The notes: generated by a model not told the origin, from the letters alone. DNA of 60,576 nt from a bacterium (GCA_021786105.1 JAJYNW010000016.1:1-60576), one strand, 5' to 3'. Shown: positions 9,155 to 18,887, counted from the stretch's first letter. Translations and numbers: made by a program.

Positions 9155-10378
9155 ATGAAAGACTTCTTTCGAAATATTAATGCCAGGACAGTATTAGTCA
9201 TTATCCTTTCGTTTCTGTTAGGTTGGCAGTTAGGCCATCAGGACGTACAGGTAAAACTAGTAAACTACCGTCCCTCAATTTCCGTCATCAATAAAGAGCC
9301 ACCCAAAAATGTTAATGTTGACTTCAAGTTGTTCTGGGATACTTGGGATCTTGTATCTCGTTCCTATTTAGATAAAAGCGCTATAGATCCGAATAAGTTA
9401 TTTTACGGGGCTATCTCCGGTATGGTTTCTGCGCTGGGGGATCCTTACACTGTCTTTCTACCGCCTGAGCAACAGAAATTCTCCAAGGAGGAATTGAATG
9501 GTAGCTTTGAAGGAGTCGGCATCCAGTTGGGCTTTAATAAAGATAAAAGGTTAGTGGTGATTGCTCCTTTGGAAGGTACACCCGCTCAAAAAGCAGGCAT
9601 TAAGCCGCAGGATCTGATTGTTAAGATTGATGATAAGGATACAACCAATATGACTTTGCCGGAGGCGGTTAACCTGATCAGGGGTCCAAAAGGCACAAAG
9701 ATCAACTTGACTATTTTTAGGGAAGGAGATTCGGATACCAGAGCCGTTGCCATGACCAGGGATGACATTATTGTTAAGAGTGTAGAAGTCTCTTACAAAG
9801 AAACTCCTGCAGGTAAAAAAGTAGCGGTTATTAAGCTGTCGCGTTTTGGAGAAAGAACTAAAGATGAATGGAATGAGGCGGTAACCAATTTGCTCTCAGC
9901 GAATTCTCAGGCTGTTGTTTTAGACTTAAGAAATAATCCAGGGGGATTTCTGGATGGGGCAGTGTTTATAGGTTCGGAATTTTTGGACGGTGGGGATGTA
10001 GTTTTACAGGAAAACAGCCAAGGTCAGCAGACGGCCTTTAAAGTGACCAGAGTCGGAAAGTTAACCCAAATCCCTATGGATGTTTTGATTAACAAAGGAT
10101 CGGCGTCGGCTTCGGAGATTGTGGCAGGTGCCATCCAGGACAGGAAAAGAGGTAAGCTGGTGGGGGAGAAGTCATTTGGTAAAGGAACGATTCAGGAAGC
10201 GCAGGATATGGAGGGCGGAACAGGTATTCATATCACTGTGGCCAAATGGTTGACGCCAAACGCCAGGTGGGTCAATAGTACTCAAGGCCTTGATCCTGAT
10301 GTTAAAATTGATATGGATAAAGAAGATATGACAAAAGATCCGCAACTGGACAAAGCAATAGAATTACTCGATCAATGA
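9155..10378 (+). CDS. ctpA: S41 carboxy-terminal processing protease with PDZ domain
   Basis: LDLRNNPGG, SASASEIVAGA, GEKSFGKG; N-terminal TM. Confidence 0.95.
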   Translation: MKDFFRNINARTVLVIILSFLLGWQLGHQDVQVKLVNYRPSISVINKEPPKNVNVDFKLFWDTWDLVSRSYLDKSAIDPNKLFYGAISGMVSALGDPYTVFLPPEQQKFSKEELNGSFEGVGIQLGFNKDKRLVVIAPLEGTPAQKAGIKPQDLIVKIDDKDTTNMTLPEAVNLIRGPKGTKINLTIFREGDSDTRAVAMTRDDIIVKSVEVSYKETPAGKKVAVIKLSRFGERTKDEWNEAVTNLLSANSQAVVLDLRNNPGGFLDGAVFIGSEFLDGGDVVLQENSQGQQTAFKVTRVGKLTQIPMDVLINKGSASASEIVAGAIQDRKRGKLVGEKSFGKGTIQEAQDMEGGTGIHITVAKWLTPNARWVNSTQGLDPDVKIDMDKEDMTKDPQLDKAIELLDQ

Positions 10379-10384
10379 TTTAAG

Positions 10385-11509
10385 ATGGAATATCCAAAAC
10401 TGCCAAAACTCAATTTATTTGGAATAACGATAGCCGTGATACTGGGGGTAGTAACGGCAGTGGTTTTTTATCAGGCTCAAATCAGAGGTTTTATTCCCGG
10501 ATTAAATATTAAACTACCGGTTCAAAGTAATTCAGAAACCAGGACTATTGTCCAGGAAGAAAATGCGGTTATTTCGGTGGTGGATAAGACCTCGCCTTCA
10601 GTGGTGGCAATCGGTGCTACACAAAAAGTTTTTAACCCTTTTGATCCTTTTTCCGTTCCCAAAAGCCAAAATAGCACCATCGGCACCGGTTTTGTGGTTT
10701 CCGACAAAGGTATTATTGTCACCAATAAACACGTGGTCTCAGATGCTGATCTTCACTACACCGTGGTTACAAAAGACGGCAAAAAGTTTGAAATTAAGAA
10801 AATTTACCGTGACCCGATCCTGGATTTAGCAGTAGTCCAGGTGGATGGCGATAAGATGCAGGCTTTGGAATTCGGAGATTCTTCTAAATTAAAAGTCGGT
10901 CAGACAGTAATTGCTATCGGTAATGCCTTGGGGAAATTTACCAATACGGTTACCACCGGCGTAGTGTCCGGTTTGGGCAGGAAGGTGACGGCAGGGGATC
11001 CTTTTTCCGGTTCGGCAGAATCTTTGGATGATCTGATTCAAACAGATGCCGCGATTAATCCGGGTAATTCCGGAGGGCCACTTCTTAATTCAGCTGGTCA
11101 GGTGATTGGAGTAAATGTGGCAACCACTGAGGGGGCGCAAAATATCGGGTTTGCCGTGCCCAGTAATGCAGTCAAAAAGATTGCTGATGAATTTGTTCAA
11201 AATGGGTCTGTTTCCCGGCCCTTCTTAGGTATCAGTTACCGGTTTATTTCTAAAGATGTGGCAATTATGAATGAAGTCCCCCAGGGGGCCTATATCCAGG
11301 ATGTGGTACCAAATTCTTCCGCTGATAAGGCTGGTATCAGGCAAGGGGATATCATTACTAAAGTGGATGGTCAGTCAGTAGACTCTGAATCAAAGATCTC
11401 CCAAATTATTGCTAATAAGAAAATAGGTGATAGTTTGGGTTTGACTGTCTGGAATGACAGTAAGGAAAGATTGGCAACAGCTACCTTACAAGATATGCCT
11501 AATCAGTAA
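10385..11509 (+). CDS. htrA: HtrA/DegP-type trypsin-like serine protease with PDZ domain
   Basis: TNKHVV, DLAVV, QTDAAINPGNSGGPL. Confidence 0.95.
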   Translation: MEYPKLPKLNLFGITIAVILGVVTAVVFYQAQIRGFIPGLNIKLPVQSNSETRTIVQEENAVISVVDKTSPSVVAIGATQKVFNPFDPFSVPKSQNSTIGTGFVVSDKGIIVTNKHVVSDADLHYTVVTKDGKKFEIKKIYRDPILDLAVVQVDGDKMQALEFGDSSKLKVGQTVIAIGNALGKFTNTVTTGVVSGLGRKVTAGDPFSGSAESLDDLIQTDAAINPGNSGGPLLNSAGQVIGVNVATTEGAQNIGFAVPSNAVKKIADEFVQNGSVSRPFLGISYRFISKDVAIMNEVPQGAYIQDVVPNSSADKAGIRQGDIITKVDGQSVDSESKISQIIANKKIGDSLGLTVWNDSKERLATATLQDMPNQ

Positions 11510-12183
11510 TCTGTTTTGATGGCTAATATTCTTTGTAAGTGGGCCAGGTCTTTCTTAACTTCAATTTCAGCTTTAGGAAAATATTTTTGCGCTTCAATTG
11601 CTGCCAGCTCGCCGTGAGTATAATCAATTTCTCCTATAATTAAGTTAGGTTTTAAACCTTTGTTTTTAATTTGCTGAAATAATTTTCGATAAAGTTCAAA
11701 GCCGTCTTCACCGCCATCCAAAGCTACGTGTGGTTCAAAATCTTTGACCGAAGAATCAAGGTAAGGAATCCTTGGAGTAGGAATATAAGGCAGGTTGGCA
11801 ACAATAATTAGTATTTCGTATTTAGTATTTAGTATTAAGAGATTTTCAAGTAAATTACTTTGACCGAATTTTATTCTTTTTGTTACTCCGTGTAGCCTGG
11901 AATTGTCTTTAGCTGCCTTTAATGCAGAAGGAGATATGTCAGTTGCAATTATTTTTACTTGAGAAGTATTTTTAGCAATGCTTATGGCTATATTTCCTGC
12001 TCCAGTTCCAACATCTATGACTAATATAGCTTTTTCCTTAATGCCCTTAATACTCTTCAGTACTTCGTCTACTAAGAGTTCTGTCTCCGGGCGTGGAATG
12101 AGAACATCAGGAGTAACTTTGAACTTGAGCTTGTAGAATTCAACCCAGCCTTTAATGTATTGAGAGGGCTTCAATGATGTCAT
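11503..12183 (-). CDS. prmC: Release factor glutamine methyltransferase, lacking the usual N-terminal helical domain
   Basis: [20 protein letters not shown]; start overlaps the prfA end, AGGAG upstream. Confidence 0.93.
   Translation of the reverse strand: MTSLKPSQYIKGWVEFYKLKFKVTPDVLIPRPETELLVDEVLKSIKGIKEKAILVIDVGTGAGNIAISIAKNTSQVKIIATDISPSALKAAKDNSRLHGVTKRIKFGQSNLLENLLILNTKYEILIIVANLPYIPTPRIPYLDSSVKDFEPHVALDGGEDGFELYRKLFQQIKNKGLKPNLIIGEIDYTHGELAAIEAQKYFPKAEIEVKKDLAHLQRILAIKTDY
11809..11836. repeat. 4 x 7-bp tandem repeat in frame in prmC (peptide ILNTKYEIL)
   Basis: tagtatt tcgtatt tagtatt tagtatt. Confidence 0.7.
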
Positions 12184-13075
12184 TTAAGTCTCCTTCTAAG
12201 ATTTTATCCAAATTATGCCAGGATTTGCCGATCCGGTGGTCAGTTACCCGGTTTTGGGGAAAATTGTAAGTCCTGATTTTTTCTGCCCTTTCACCGGTTC
12301 CCACCTGAAGGGCTCTTTGTTCCTCAATATTGCCAACCTTTTTTTGCTGTTCTATTTCCCAGATTTTGGAACGTAACAAGCTTAAGGCGTTTTCCCGGTT
12401 TTGCAGTTGCGATCTTTCAGTTTGACAGGTAACGACAATCCCGGTGGGAATATGTTTTAGCCTGACGGCTGTTGAGACTTTATTAACATTTTGCCCGCCG
12501 GCTCCGCCTGAGCGGAAAGCTTCAAATTCAATCTCAGCCGGATTGATGGTAACTTGAGCTGGAGTAACTTGTGGCAAAACGGCCACCGTGGCGGTAGAAG
12601 TGTGAATTCGGCCTCCGGATTCAGTAGCGGGTACTCTTTGTACCCGATGAACACCGGATTCAAATTTTAGCTTATTGTATGCATCTTTTCCGGCAATTTT
12701 GAGTACAATTTCTTTGATCTGTCCCAGCTTGCCTTCTGACCTGTCTAGCTCTTCTGTTTTCCAGCCTTGGTTTTGAGCAAATCTGGTGTACATCCGAAGC
12801 AAATCTCCGGCAAAAAGCCCGGCTTCATCTCCACCGGCAGCTGACCGGATTTCCAAAATTGCCACATTGGGATTGACCCCGGATTCCGGGTCGGTTTCAT
12901 CTTCTTGCGGTTGGGTATCCGAAGCAGAGGACTCTAAAACTTGCTTTTGGCTCTCCAGTTCTTTAATCTCTTCTGCTGCCAGTTCCGCCATTTCCGGATC
13001 CTCAAGTAACGGCCGAATATCCTTAATCCGCTGGCTCAATTCATCTATTTGTTGCTTTAAGTAATCGTTGTTCAT
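12152..13075 (-). CDS. prfA: Peptide chain release factor 1
   Basis: GGQ motif, [26 protein letters not shown]; start set at MNNDY (13075) because the longer frame runs through a repeat element. Confidence 0.95.
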   Translation of the reverse strand: MNNDYLKQQIDELSQRIKDIRPLLEDPEMAELAAEEIKELESQKQVLESSASDTQPQEDETDPESGVNPNVAILEIRSAAGGDEAGLFAGDLLRMYTRFAQNQGWKTEELDRSEGKLGQIKEIVLKIAGKDAYNKLKFESGVHRVQRVPATESGGRIHTSTATVAVLPQVTPAQVTINPAEIEFEAFRSGGAGGQNVNKVSTAVRLKHIPTGIVVTCQTERSQLQNRENALSLLRSKIWEIEQQKKVGNIEEQRALQVGTGERAEKIRTYNFPQNRVTDHRIGKSWHNLDKILEGDLNDIIEALSIH

Positions 13076-13123
13076 AAGAAAATCTTGCGAGCTAATCGCT
13101 CTTAGGATTATTATACCTTTTAT

Positions 13124-13200
13124 GTCATTGCGAGGTCGAGACTTCGACCCGTGGCAATCTTCCATGGGCGTGGAAGATTCCTCACTACGTTCGGAATGAC
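13124..13200. repeat. GTCAT...ATGAC dimeric palindromic repeat (CGTC-REP/RPE-like), intergenic
   Basis: gtcattgcgaggtcgagacttcgacccgtggcaatct ... agattcctcactacgttcggaatgac. Confidence 0.85.
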
Positions 13201-13207
13201 AAAGTAG

Positions 13208-13534
13208 CTAACTTGGGATTTGTTTGCGAGCCTGCATGAGCAGGTCTTTGAGGGATGGCCGTTCTTTCTTTTTCTCTGCAACCTTAGATTTTCTAGCTTC
13301 CAAAATTCTCTTTCTCTCTTCCTGTTTAGCTTTGGAGTTTTCAGTTTTCTTAATAAATCTGTCTACTTGACCCAAAGTATCAACAAATTTTTGCTGGCCC
13401 GTAAAAAGCGGGTGACACTGGCTGCAAATTTCCACGCGGATGGCCGGCAGGGTTGACCCTGTCGTAAAAGTTGCGCCACAAGCGCAGGTTACTTTTGCTT
13501 CCGGATACCACTGAGGGTGTGTGTTTGCTTTCAT
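13208..13534 (-). CDS. rpmE: 50S ribosomal protein L31 with long basic C-terminal extension
   Basis: HPQWY, CACG, CSQCHPLFTG, DTLGQVDRF. Confidence 0.96.
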   Translation of the reverse strand: MKANTHPQWYPEAKVTCACGATFTTGSTLPAIRVEICSQCHPLFTGQQKFVDTLGQVDRFIKKTENSKAKQEERKRILEARKSKVAEKKKERPSLKDLLMQARKQIPS

Positions 13535-13589
13535 GATAGTGGGATTATATCAAAGATAGGTTCAAATCGCAAAGCCTCATTTTAAAAAT

Positions 13590-13734
13590 TAATCTAATTA
13601 CTAATTAATCTAATTTCTAAAGAATAACTAATGAGTAAATTACTATAGAGCGATTAGCTCTCAAGCTTTGCTTATTTAGACATTAGGACATTTAGTCATT
13701 AATTAGAAATTAGTAATTAAAAATTAGAAATTTT
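13590..13734. repeat. AT-rich imperfect inverted repeat built from CTAATT(T/A)-like heptamers
   Basis: ctaattactaatt...ctaatttctaa on the left; ttagaaattagtaatt...ttagaaatt on the right. Confidence 0.55.
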
Positions 13735-14673
13735 CTAAACTCTATGCGCTTTGTGGTGTCGGTGATGAGCCTCTTTAGCCAGAGTTCCCAGATAGGCGCC
13801 AACCGCAATTAAAGCTCCGCCGATTAAAAATTGGTGGGAGACTTTTTCCGCCAAAAGCAGGATAGCTAAGGCTGTAGCTATAAAAGGCTCAATATATTGA
13901 AAAAGGTCGGCAACCATAATGGAGGTTTTGGATAAACCCCATTCAAAAAGAAAATAGGCTGAGATTGAGGCCAGTAGGGCCATAAACACCAGGCCTGTGA
14001 TGCCTAATATGGTAACCTGGTTTATCCAGCCGGGATTTTGGATATATTCCAAAGCGGCCGGAATAAAAAAGGCCACCGTCCCCACTAAAAAAGCTATAGC
14101 GGTGATGATCAAAGAGGAATATTTGCCGACAAGATTTTTGGAAATGGTGGCACCTAATACCCAGGAAACTGAGGCCAAAACTATTAGGATATTGCCGGTC
14201 AGCATCTGCGGGGAGATGGTACCGGTGATAAGCTGGGGCAGGCCGATGATTACTAATGTCCCTACTAGCCCTAAAGCTATCCCAAAAAGATTAACCAAAT
14301 AAATCTTTTCTTTTAAAAACCACCAGCCTAAAAGTACAGATAACATAGGAATAAGTAAGGATAAAAATGAGGCATCAATAGCAGTAGTTCTTTTGATTCC
14401 TTCAAAGAAAAAGGTAATGTTTAAAACAATAATTAAAACTCCGACGGCAATCAGCTTGGGCAAATCTTGTTTTTCAATTTTGACCTTTTTGGTTTCTGCC
14501 AAAAAAAACGGGACCAGCAGAAGTGAGGCGATGGCAAAGCGAAGCAGGGCTAAACTCATGGGCGGAAACTCCTGTAGAGTAATTTTTGCGACAACATAGT
14601 TGGCACCCCAGAAAATGTGAGCCAGGATCAGGGCTATGTAAGGAATGGGCCTTTTAATGATTGGCGATGACAC
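13735..14673 (-). CDS. DMT/EamA family transporter
   Basis: 10 hydrophobic segments in two repeats; FWGANY, YIEPFIA. Confidence 0.92.
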   Translation of the reverse strand: MSSPIIKRPIPYIALILAHIFWGANYVVAKITLQEFPPMSLALLRFAIASLLLVPFFLAETKKVKIEKQDLPKLIAVGVLIIVLNITFFFEGIKRTTAIDASFLSLLIPMLSVLLGWWFLKEKIYLVNLFGIALGLVGTLVIIGLPQLITGTISPQMLTGNILIVLASVSWVLGATISKNLVGKYSSLIITAIAFLVGTVAFFIPAALEYIQNPGWINQVTILGITGLVFMALLASISAYFLFEWGLSKTSIMVADLFQYIEPFIATALAILLLAEKVSHQFLIGGALIAVGAYLGTLAKEAHHRHHKAHRV

Positions 14674-14677
14674 CTAT

Positions 14678-15934
14678 TTATAATGTCAGTTTTTGGATAG
14701 CTTCGTCAAGTGAAATGGTTTGCTGAGATTTATTTTTTAAGTCTTTCAAAGTAACTTTGTTTTCTTGGACTTCGTTTGGACCAATGATGACAACAAATGG
14801 AATACCTTTTTGGTTGGCGTATTTTAATTGCTTATCTAATTTTGACTGAGGATCCAGCCATAGTTCAGTGTTGATGTTATTGGAACGTAAACAAGAAGCA
14901 ACTTCTGCAGATTTCTGTTCCAGATCTTTGGAAAAAATAGTTACTAAAACTTGACTGGTGGTTAAATCAGCCGGAAAAAGACCTAATTGATCCATGACTT
15001 CTATCAGCCGGTCAAAGCCAAAGGCAAAACCAACAGCCGGAACAGTTTGTTTGGAAAATAAGCCAATTAAATTATCATACCTGCCTCCGCCGCCCACCGA
15101 GCCGGCAGTGTATCCTTCAATCTCAACTTCAAATATCAAGCCCGTGTAATAATCCAAGCCGCGGGCCAGTGTGGGAGAGAATTCATATTTTTCTTTTGAT
15201 ATGCCCAGTTCTTCTTCCAGAGCTTTGAATATGTCTTTCAAGTTTTGTGTTGGTTTACTGTCTTCTAAAGTACATAGAATTGATGTAGCCGAACTTTCAT
15301 CGCCTGAAGTAATTTTTTCTGTTAATTCATCAATGACTTCCTCATACCCAATTTTATTCAATTTATCAACTATGCGAATAATAGAGAAAAGATTGTAATC
15401 TTTGAAAATTGCATTATTGACCAAATCTGAAAAGATAGTTCTATCATTTATTATGGCTTTAAAGTTTTTAAAGCCTAAAGTTTCAAGGCTTTTAATAGTG
15501 CACGCAATTACTTCTGCATCAGACAGGGGAGAGTTTAAACCAACAGTATCGATATCACACTGCAGAAATTCCCTAAACCGGCCTCTTTGGGGGTTTTCCG
15601 CCCGCCAGACGGGTTGGATTTGGTATCTTTTGAAAGGAATAGGCAACTGATTTTGGTACTGGGCCACCACACGGGCTAAAGGCACGGTCTGGTCATACCT
15701 TAAAGCTACTCTGCGGCCCCCCTGATCAGTAAAACGGTACATTAATTTATCACCCTCATCCCCATATTTGCCCAGGAGTATTTCCTCATACTCCAAAGCT
15801 GGAGTCTCCAAAGGTTCAAATCCAAAGGATTCAAACACCTGTTTGAGCAAATTTTGCACATACTGTCTCTTCCCCGATTCTCGGGGCAAAAAATCCCTAA
15901 AACCTTTCAATGTCTGTGCCGTTATGTTACCCAT
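14678..15934 (-). CDS. hisS: Histidine--tRNA ligase
   Basis: KGFRDF, LRYDQTVPLAR, GRFREFLQCD, RGLDYYTG, GGGGRYD. Confidence 0.98.
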   Translation of the reverse strand: MGNITAQTLKGFRDFLPRESGKRQYVQNLLKQVFESFGFEPLETPALEYEEILLGKYGDEGDKLMYRFTDQGGRRVALRYDQTVPLARVVAQYQNQLPIPFKRYQIQPVWRAENPQRGRFREFLQCDIDTVGLNSPLSDAEVIACTIKSLETLGFKNFKAIINDRTIFSDLVNNAIFKDYNLFSIIRIVDKLNKIGYEEVIDELTEKITSGDESSATSILCTLEDSKPTQNLKDIFKALEEELGISKEKYEFSPTLARGLDYYTGLIFEVEIEGYTAGSVGGGGRYDNLIGLFSKQTVPAVGFAFGFDRLIEVMDQLGLFPADLTTSQVLVTIFSKDLEQKSAEVASCLRSNNINTELWLDPQSKLDKQLKYANQKGIPFVVIIGPNEVQENKVTLKDLKNKSQQTISLDEAIQKLTL

Positions 15935-16853
15935 ATATTTTCTCCATTAGATCTATGATAGCACGATCGTTTCTATTTGGAATTATTTGTTTAGGTGATA
16001 ATTCCAAAATATCCTTTGCTCCGGCTTCTTGTAACTCAGAAATTATCATTCTAAAATTACGACGAGGTATCAAGGAACTTATAGCCCACCACCCGCTTTC
16101 GTTTAATGGGGACATCGTTGGTGATTCTCCGCTGGGCAGTAAATCTGTTATTGTTTGTCTGGCAGATTCTGGTGCGTTCATAACAATATAGGTAAAGTTT
16201 CTAACTCTCAAAGCTGATTCGATACCCATTAAGAATTCTTTGACAAAGCGTTCGCTGCCTCTTTTTTCCCGAAGCTTTGGGCTGGCCACTAACATGGCTT
16301 CTGATTCAAGTAACACATCATAGGCTGTAATTCCGTTTGCCCTCATTGAATCACCGCTTGAGCTAATATCAACACAAGCTTGAGCTTCTCCTGATTTAAC
16401 ATATTTTTCTATTGAACCAGATCTTACTAACAAATCTACGTTTGTATTGCTTTTCGCAAAAAAATCACGGCTCAAATTTGGGTAAGAAGTGGCAACAGTT
16501 AAACCGTTTAAGTCTGAAGGTTTTTCGTAAGGTACGTCTTTTTTAACCCCCAGTTGTAGCCGGCACTTACCAAATCCTAAGGGCATTAATGGAATTACTG
16601 CTGACTCTGCTTCAGCTAAAGAGTTTTGCCCGACAATTCCAAAGTCAGCATAACCTCTTTCGACATCATTTGGGATATCTCCAATGCGGACCAGCTCAAT
16701 GCTTAAAGGAAAATCTTCTACCTCGCAAATATCGACCCTGCCTCCTATCTGAAAGCTAAAATTTGCCGCAGAAAGCAAGGCCGTTGAGTCTTGACCCATT
16801 CTGCCATCGGTTTTCTGTATTGCTATTTTTAATTTTGTTTCAAATTCACTCAT
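15927..16853 (-). CDS. hisG: ATP phosphoribosyltransferase, long form with regulatory C-terminal domain
   Basis: IAIQKTDGRM, DIPNDV...ADFGIVGQN, LGFGKCRL, VATSYP, PTMSPL. Confidence 0.92.
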   Translation of the reverse strand: MSEFETKLKIAIQKTDGRMGQDSTALLSAANFSFQIGGRVDICEVEDFPLSIELVRIGDIPNDVERGYADFGIVGQNSLAEAESAVIPLMPLGFGKCRLQLGVKKDVPYEKPSDLNGLTVATSYPNLSRDFFAKSNTNVDLLVRSGSIEKYVKSGEAQACVDISSSGDSMRANGITAYDVLLESEAMLVASPKLREKRGSERFVKEFLMGIESALRVRNFTYIVMNAPESARQTITDLLPSGESPTMSPLNESGWWAISSLIPRRNFRMIISELQEAGAKDILELSPKQIIPNRNDRAIIDLMEKIYG

Positions 16854-16884
16854 AATTTCTCACCTTCTTTCTTTTAAAATTCAC

Positions 16885-17199
16885 TCACTTGGTTTTTTCT
16901 GCGTGCCTCCTGGTTAATTCCTCCAAAACTTCTTCTAGAGTAATATTTGAGGCAACTAGACTTACTAGAGAGTGAAACCACAGATCAGCTGTTTCTCCGA
17001 TTACTGCGTCTCTTCCTTGACCAGTAAGGCTGAATCTGCTGACTGCTAGGGCAACTTCCACTCCTTCTTCTCCCACTTTTTGGGCAATACGAGATGGGCC
17101 TTTTCTAAAAAGGGAAGCTACATAAGATCCCTCCGGCATTTCTTCCTGCCGTTTCTTAACTATTCCGTATAAACCTTCAAGTGTTATTCTTTCTGTCAT
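16885..17199 (-). CDS. hisE: Phosphoribosyl-ATP pyrophosphohydrolase
   Basis: GSYVASLF, IAQKVGEEGVEV, ETADLWFH; ATG at 17199 follows GAAAGGAGGTGA. Confidence 0.93.
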   Translation of the reverse strand: MTERITLEGLYGIVKKRQEEMPEGSYVASLFRKGPSRIAQKVGEEGVEVALAVSRFSLTGQGRDAVIGETADLWFHSLVSLVASNITLEEVLEELTRRHAEKTK

Positions 17200-17227
17200 A
17201 TTTTTCACCTCCTTTCAAAATTTGCAC

Positions 17228-17289
17228 AAAAAAACCTTCCGTTCACTGCCCACTACCCAAAAATAGGGTAATGAACAAGGAACGGAAGG
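17228..17289 (-). terminator. Intrinsic terminator of the T-box leader
   Basis: 10-bp stem CCUUCCGUUC/GAACGGAAGG followed by U7. Confidence 0.88.
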
Positions 17290-17460
17290 CATTAAAAAAG
17301 GACCTCCCGCGGTCCCATCCTGTTTTCTGCAATCTATTGCTAAACTACAGCTCTTAGTGGCGACTCCGCTAGGCGACATCGTCTGTTTCATTTTACGGTT
17401 AAACTTCCGTAGAGTATTTGGCTCTCAGCTTTTGGATCGTGACTCCAATGCAAACGCTTT
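17228..17460 (-). promoter_or_regulatory. T-box riboswitch leader, probably tRNA-His specific
   Basis: Minus strand AGGA-UGGGACC-GCGGGAGGU pairs with GCCUUCCGU-UCCU (antiterminator); mutually exclusive terminator follows. Confidence 0.85.
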
Positions 17461-17501
17461 TTATCCCGATTTAATCGGGATAAATATTCAATTGTGTAAT
17501 T

Positions 17502-17529
17502 AGTATACCACAAAACCTTTCCTTGTCAA
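17502..17529 (-). promoter_or_regulatory. sigma70-type promoter of the his leader
   Basis: TTGACA-N16-TATACT with TGn extension. Confidence 0.75.
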
Positions 17530-17563
17530 ATTTACTATCGGTTACCGCAGGTGTCAATATAAA

Positions 17564-17580
17564 TACACCCCTAGGGTGCA
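17564..17580. repeat. CACCC-N-GGGTG short palindrome (REP-like)
   Basis: tacacccctagggtgca; related copies at 2178, 56388, 60093, 60118. Confidence 0.55.
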
Positions 17581-17682
17581 AGGTGCACTATATTGTGATA
17601 ATTGAATATAAATTGTTTGACAACTGCTTAGTTCAATGACGAATTAGGAAGTCTGTGGTATATTATTCTTGTAGACGTGGAC

Positions 17683-17784
17683 TATAATCGCTTGCGATTA
17701 CATCGCGACGCTTCTTGTAACGCGTTGCGTTATAATCGCTTGCGATTACATCGCGACGCTTCTTGTAACGCGTTGCGTTATAAT
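17683..17784. repeat. Perfect 2 x 48-bp tandem duplication upstream of manC
   Basis: tataatcgcttgcgattacatcgcgacgcttcttgtaacgcgttgcgt at 17683 and 17731, plus a third tataat at 17779. Confidence 0.92.
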
Positions 17785-17804
17785 TCTTCGTTATTACTCG
17801 AATT

Positions 17805-18887
17805 ATGAAAATTGTCATCTTTGCTGGCGGAGTTGGAACCAGGTTGTGGCCGCTATCACGTAAGAATACCCCTAAGCAATTTGAAAAGGTAATTGACGAT
17901 AAATCGATGCTGCAGATTTCCATTTCCAAAGTGTTTCCGGATTTTGACTGGAGTGACATTTATATTTCGACCAATAAGCAATATGAGCAAATACTTAAAA
18001 GTCAGTTCCCGGAAATCCCCGAGTCAAATCTGATTTTTGAGCCAGCCATGCGCGATGTAGGTCCGGCAGTGGGCTTGGTTATTGCTAACTTTATGAAGAA
18101 AAATCCGGATGAGCAAATAGCCATACTTTGGGGGGATCACCTGATTAAAAAAGACGATGAATTCAGAAAAGCTTTGAAAATTGCGGAGAAACTCAGCCAG
18201 GACGATCCGGAGAAGATTATTTTTGTGGGACAAAAACCCCGGTTTGCCAGTGTGAATTTGGGTTATATTGAATTTGGCAGCGAGGTTAAAAAGGAAGGGG
18301 AAACTCCGGTTTATGAATTTAAAGGTTTTAAATACCGGCCCGATGAGAATTTAGCCCGAAGTTTTTTAGCAGACGGTCAGCATGCTTGGAACTTAGGTTA
18401 TTTTGTGACCACCCCCAAATTTTTGTGGAAGTCTTATGAAAAGTTTGCCCCCGGTCTTTTTGAGAAATTAAGGTTAATTTCGGATGCAGTAGGGACGGCG
18501 GGCTACGAAAAATTTGTCGATGAAGTTTACCCGGCCATGGAAAAAATTTCTTTTGACAATGCCATTTTGGAAAAGCTGGATCCGGCAAACGGCTTGGTAT
18601 TATCAGTAGATATTGGCTGGAGCGATATTGGGGCTTGGGAGGCATTAAAAGAGGCTTTGGCCAAATCCGAAGATGAAAATGTGATTAAAGGTAATGTAGA
18701 GCTGTTGGATTCAACGGATAATTTGGTATTTAACTATAACGGCCAGCTAATTGTGGGGATTGATTTAAAAGGGATGCTCGTCATCAATACCGGAGACGTT
18801 TTGCTGGTTTGTCCAAAGACTTCAGTCCCCAAAATTAAAAAATACGTGGAGAGTTTAGCCGGTACCCCTAACGAGAAGTTGGCTTAG
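17805..18887 (+). CDS. manC: Mannose-1-phosphate guanylyltransferase-type nucleotidyltransferase
   Basis: AGGVGTRLWPLSRKNTPKQF, SFDNAILEK, WSDIGAW. Confidence 0.9.
   Translation: MKIVIFAGGVGTRLWPLSRKNTPKQFEKVIDDKSMLQISISKVFPDFDWSDIYISTNKQYEQILKSQFPEIPESNLIFEPAMRDVGPAVGLVIANFMKKNPDEQIAILWGDHLIKKDDEFRKALKIAEKLSQDDPEKIIFVGQKPRFASVNLGYIEFGSEVKKEGETPVYEFKGFKYRPDENLARSFLADGQHAWNLGYFVTTPKFLWKSYEKFAPGLFEKLRLISDAVGTAGYEKFVDEVYPAMEKISFDNAILEKLDPANGLVLSVDIGWSDIGAWEALKEALAKSEDENVIKGNVELLDSTDNLVFNYNGQLIVGIDLKGMLVINTGDVLLVCPKTSVPKIKKYVESLAGTPNEKLA

Noticed and set aside
13076-13165. 30-aa N-terminal extension of PrfA
   Set aside because: It reads through a palindromic repeat; a TATAAT box and the ATG at 13075 give a normal start.
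17683-17784. Mini CRISPR array
   Set aside because: The units abut with no spacers.
17663-17959. 98-aa minus-strand ORF with duplicated DYNATRYKKRRDVIAS
   Set aside because: It is a translation of the 48-bp tandem duplication and overlaps manC antisense.
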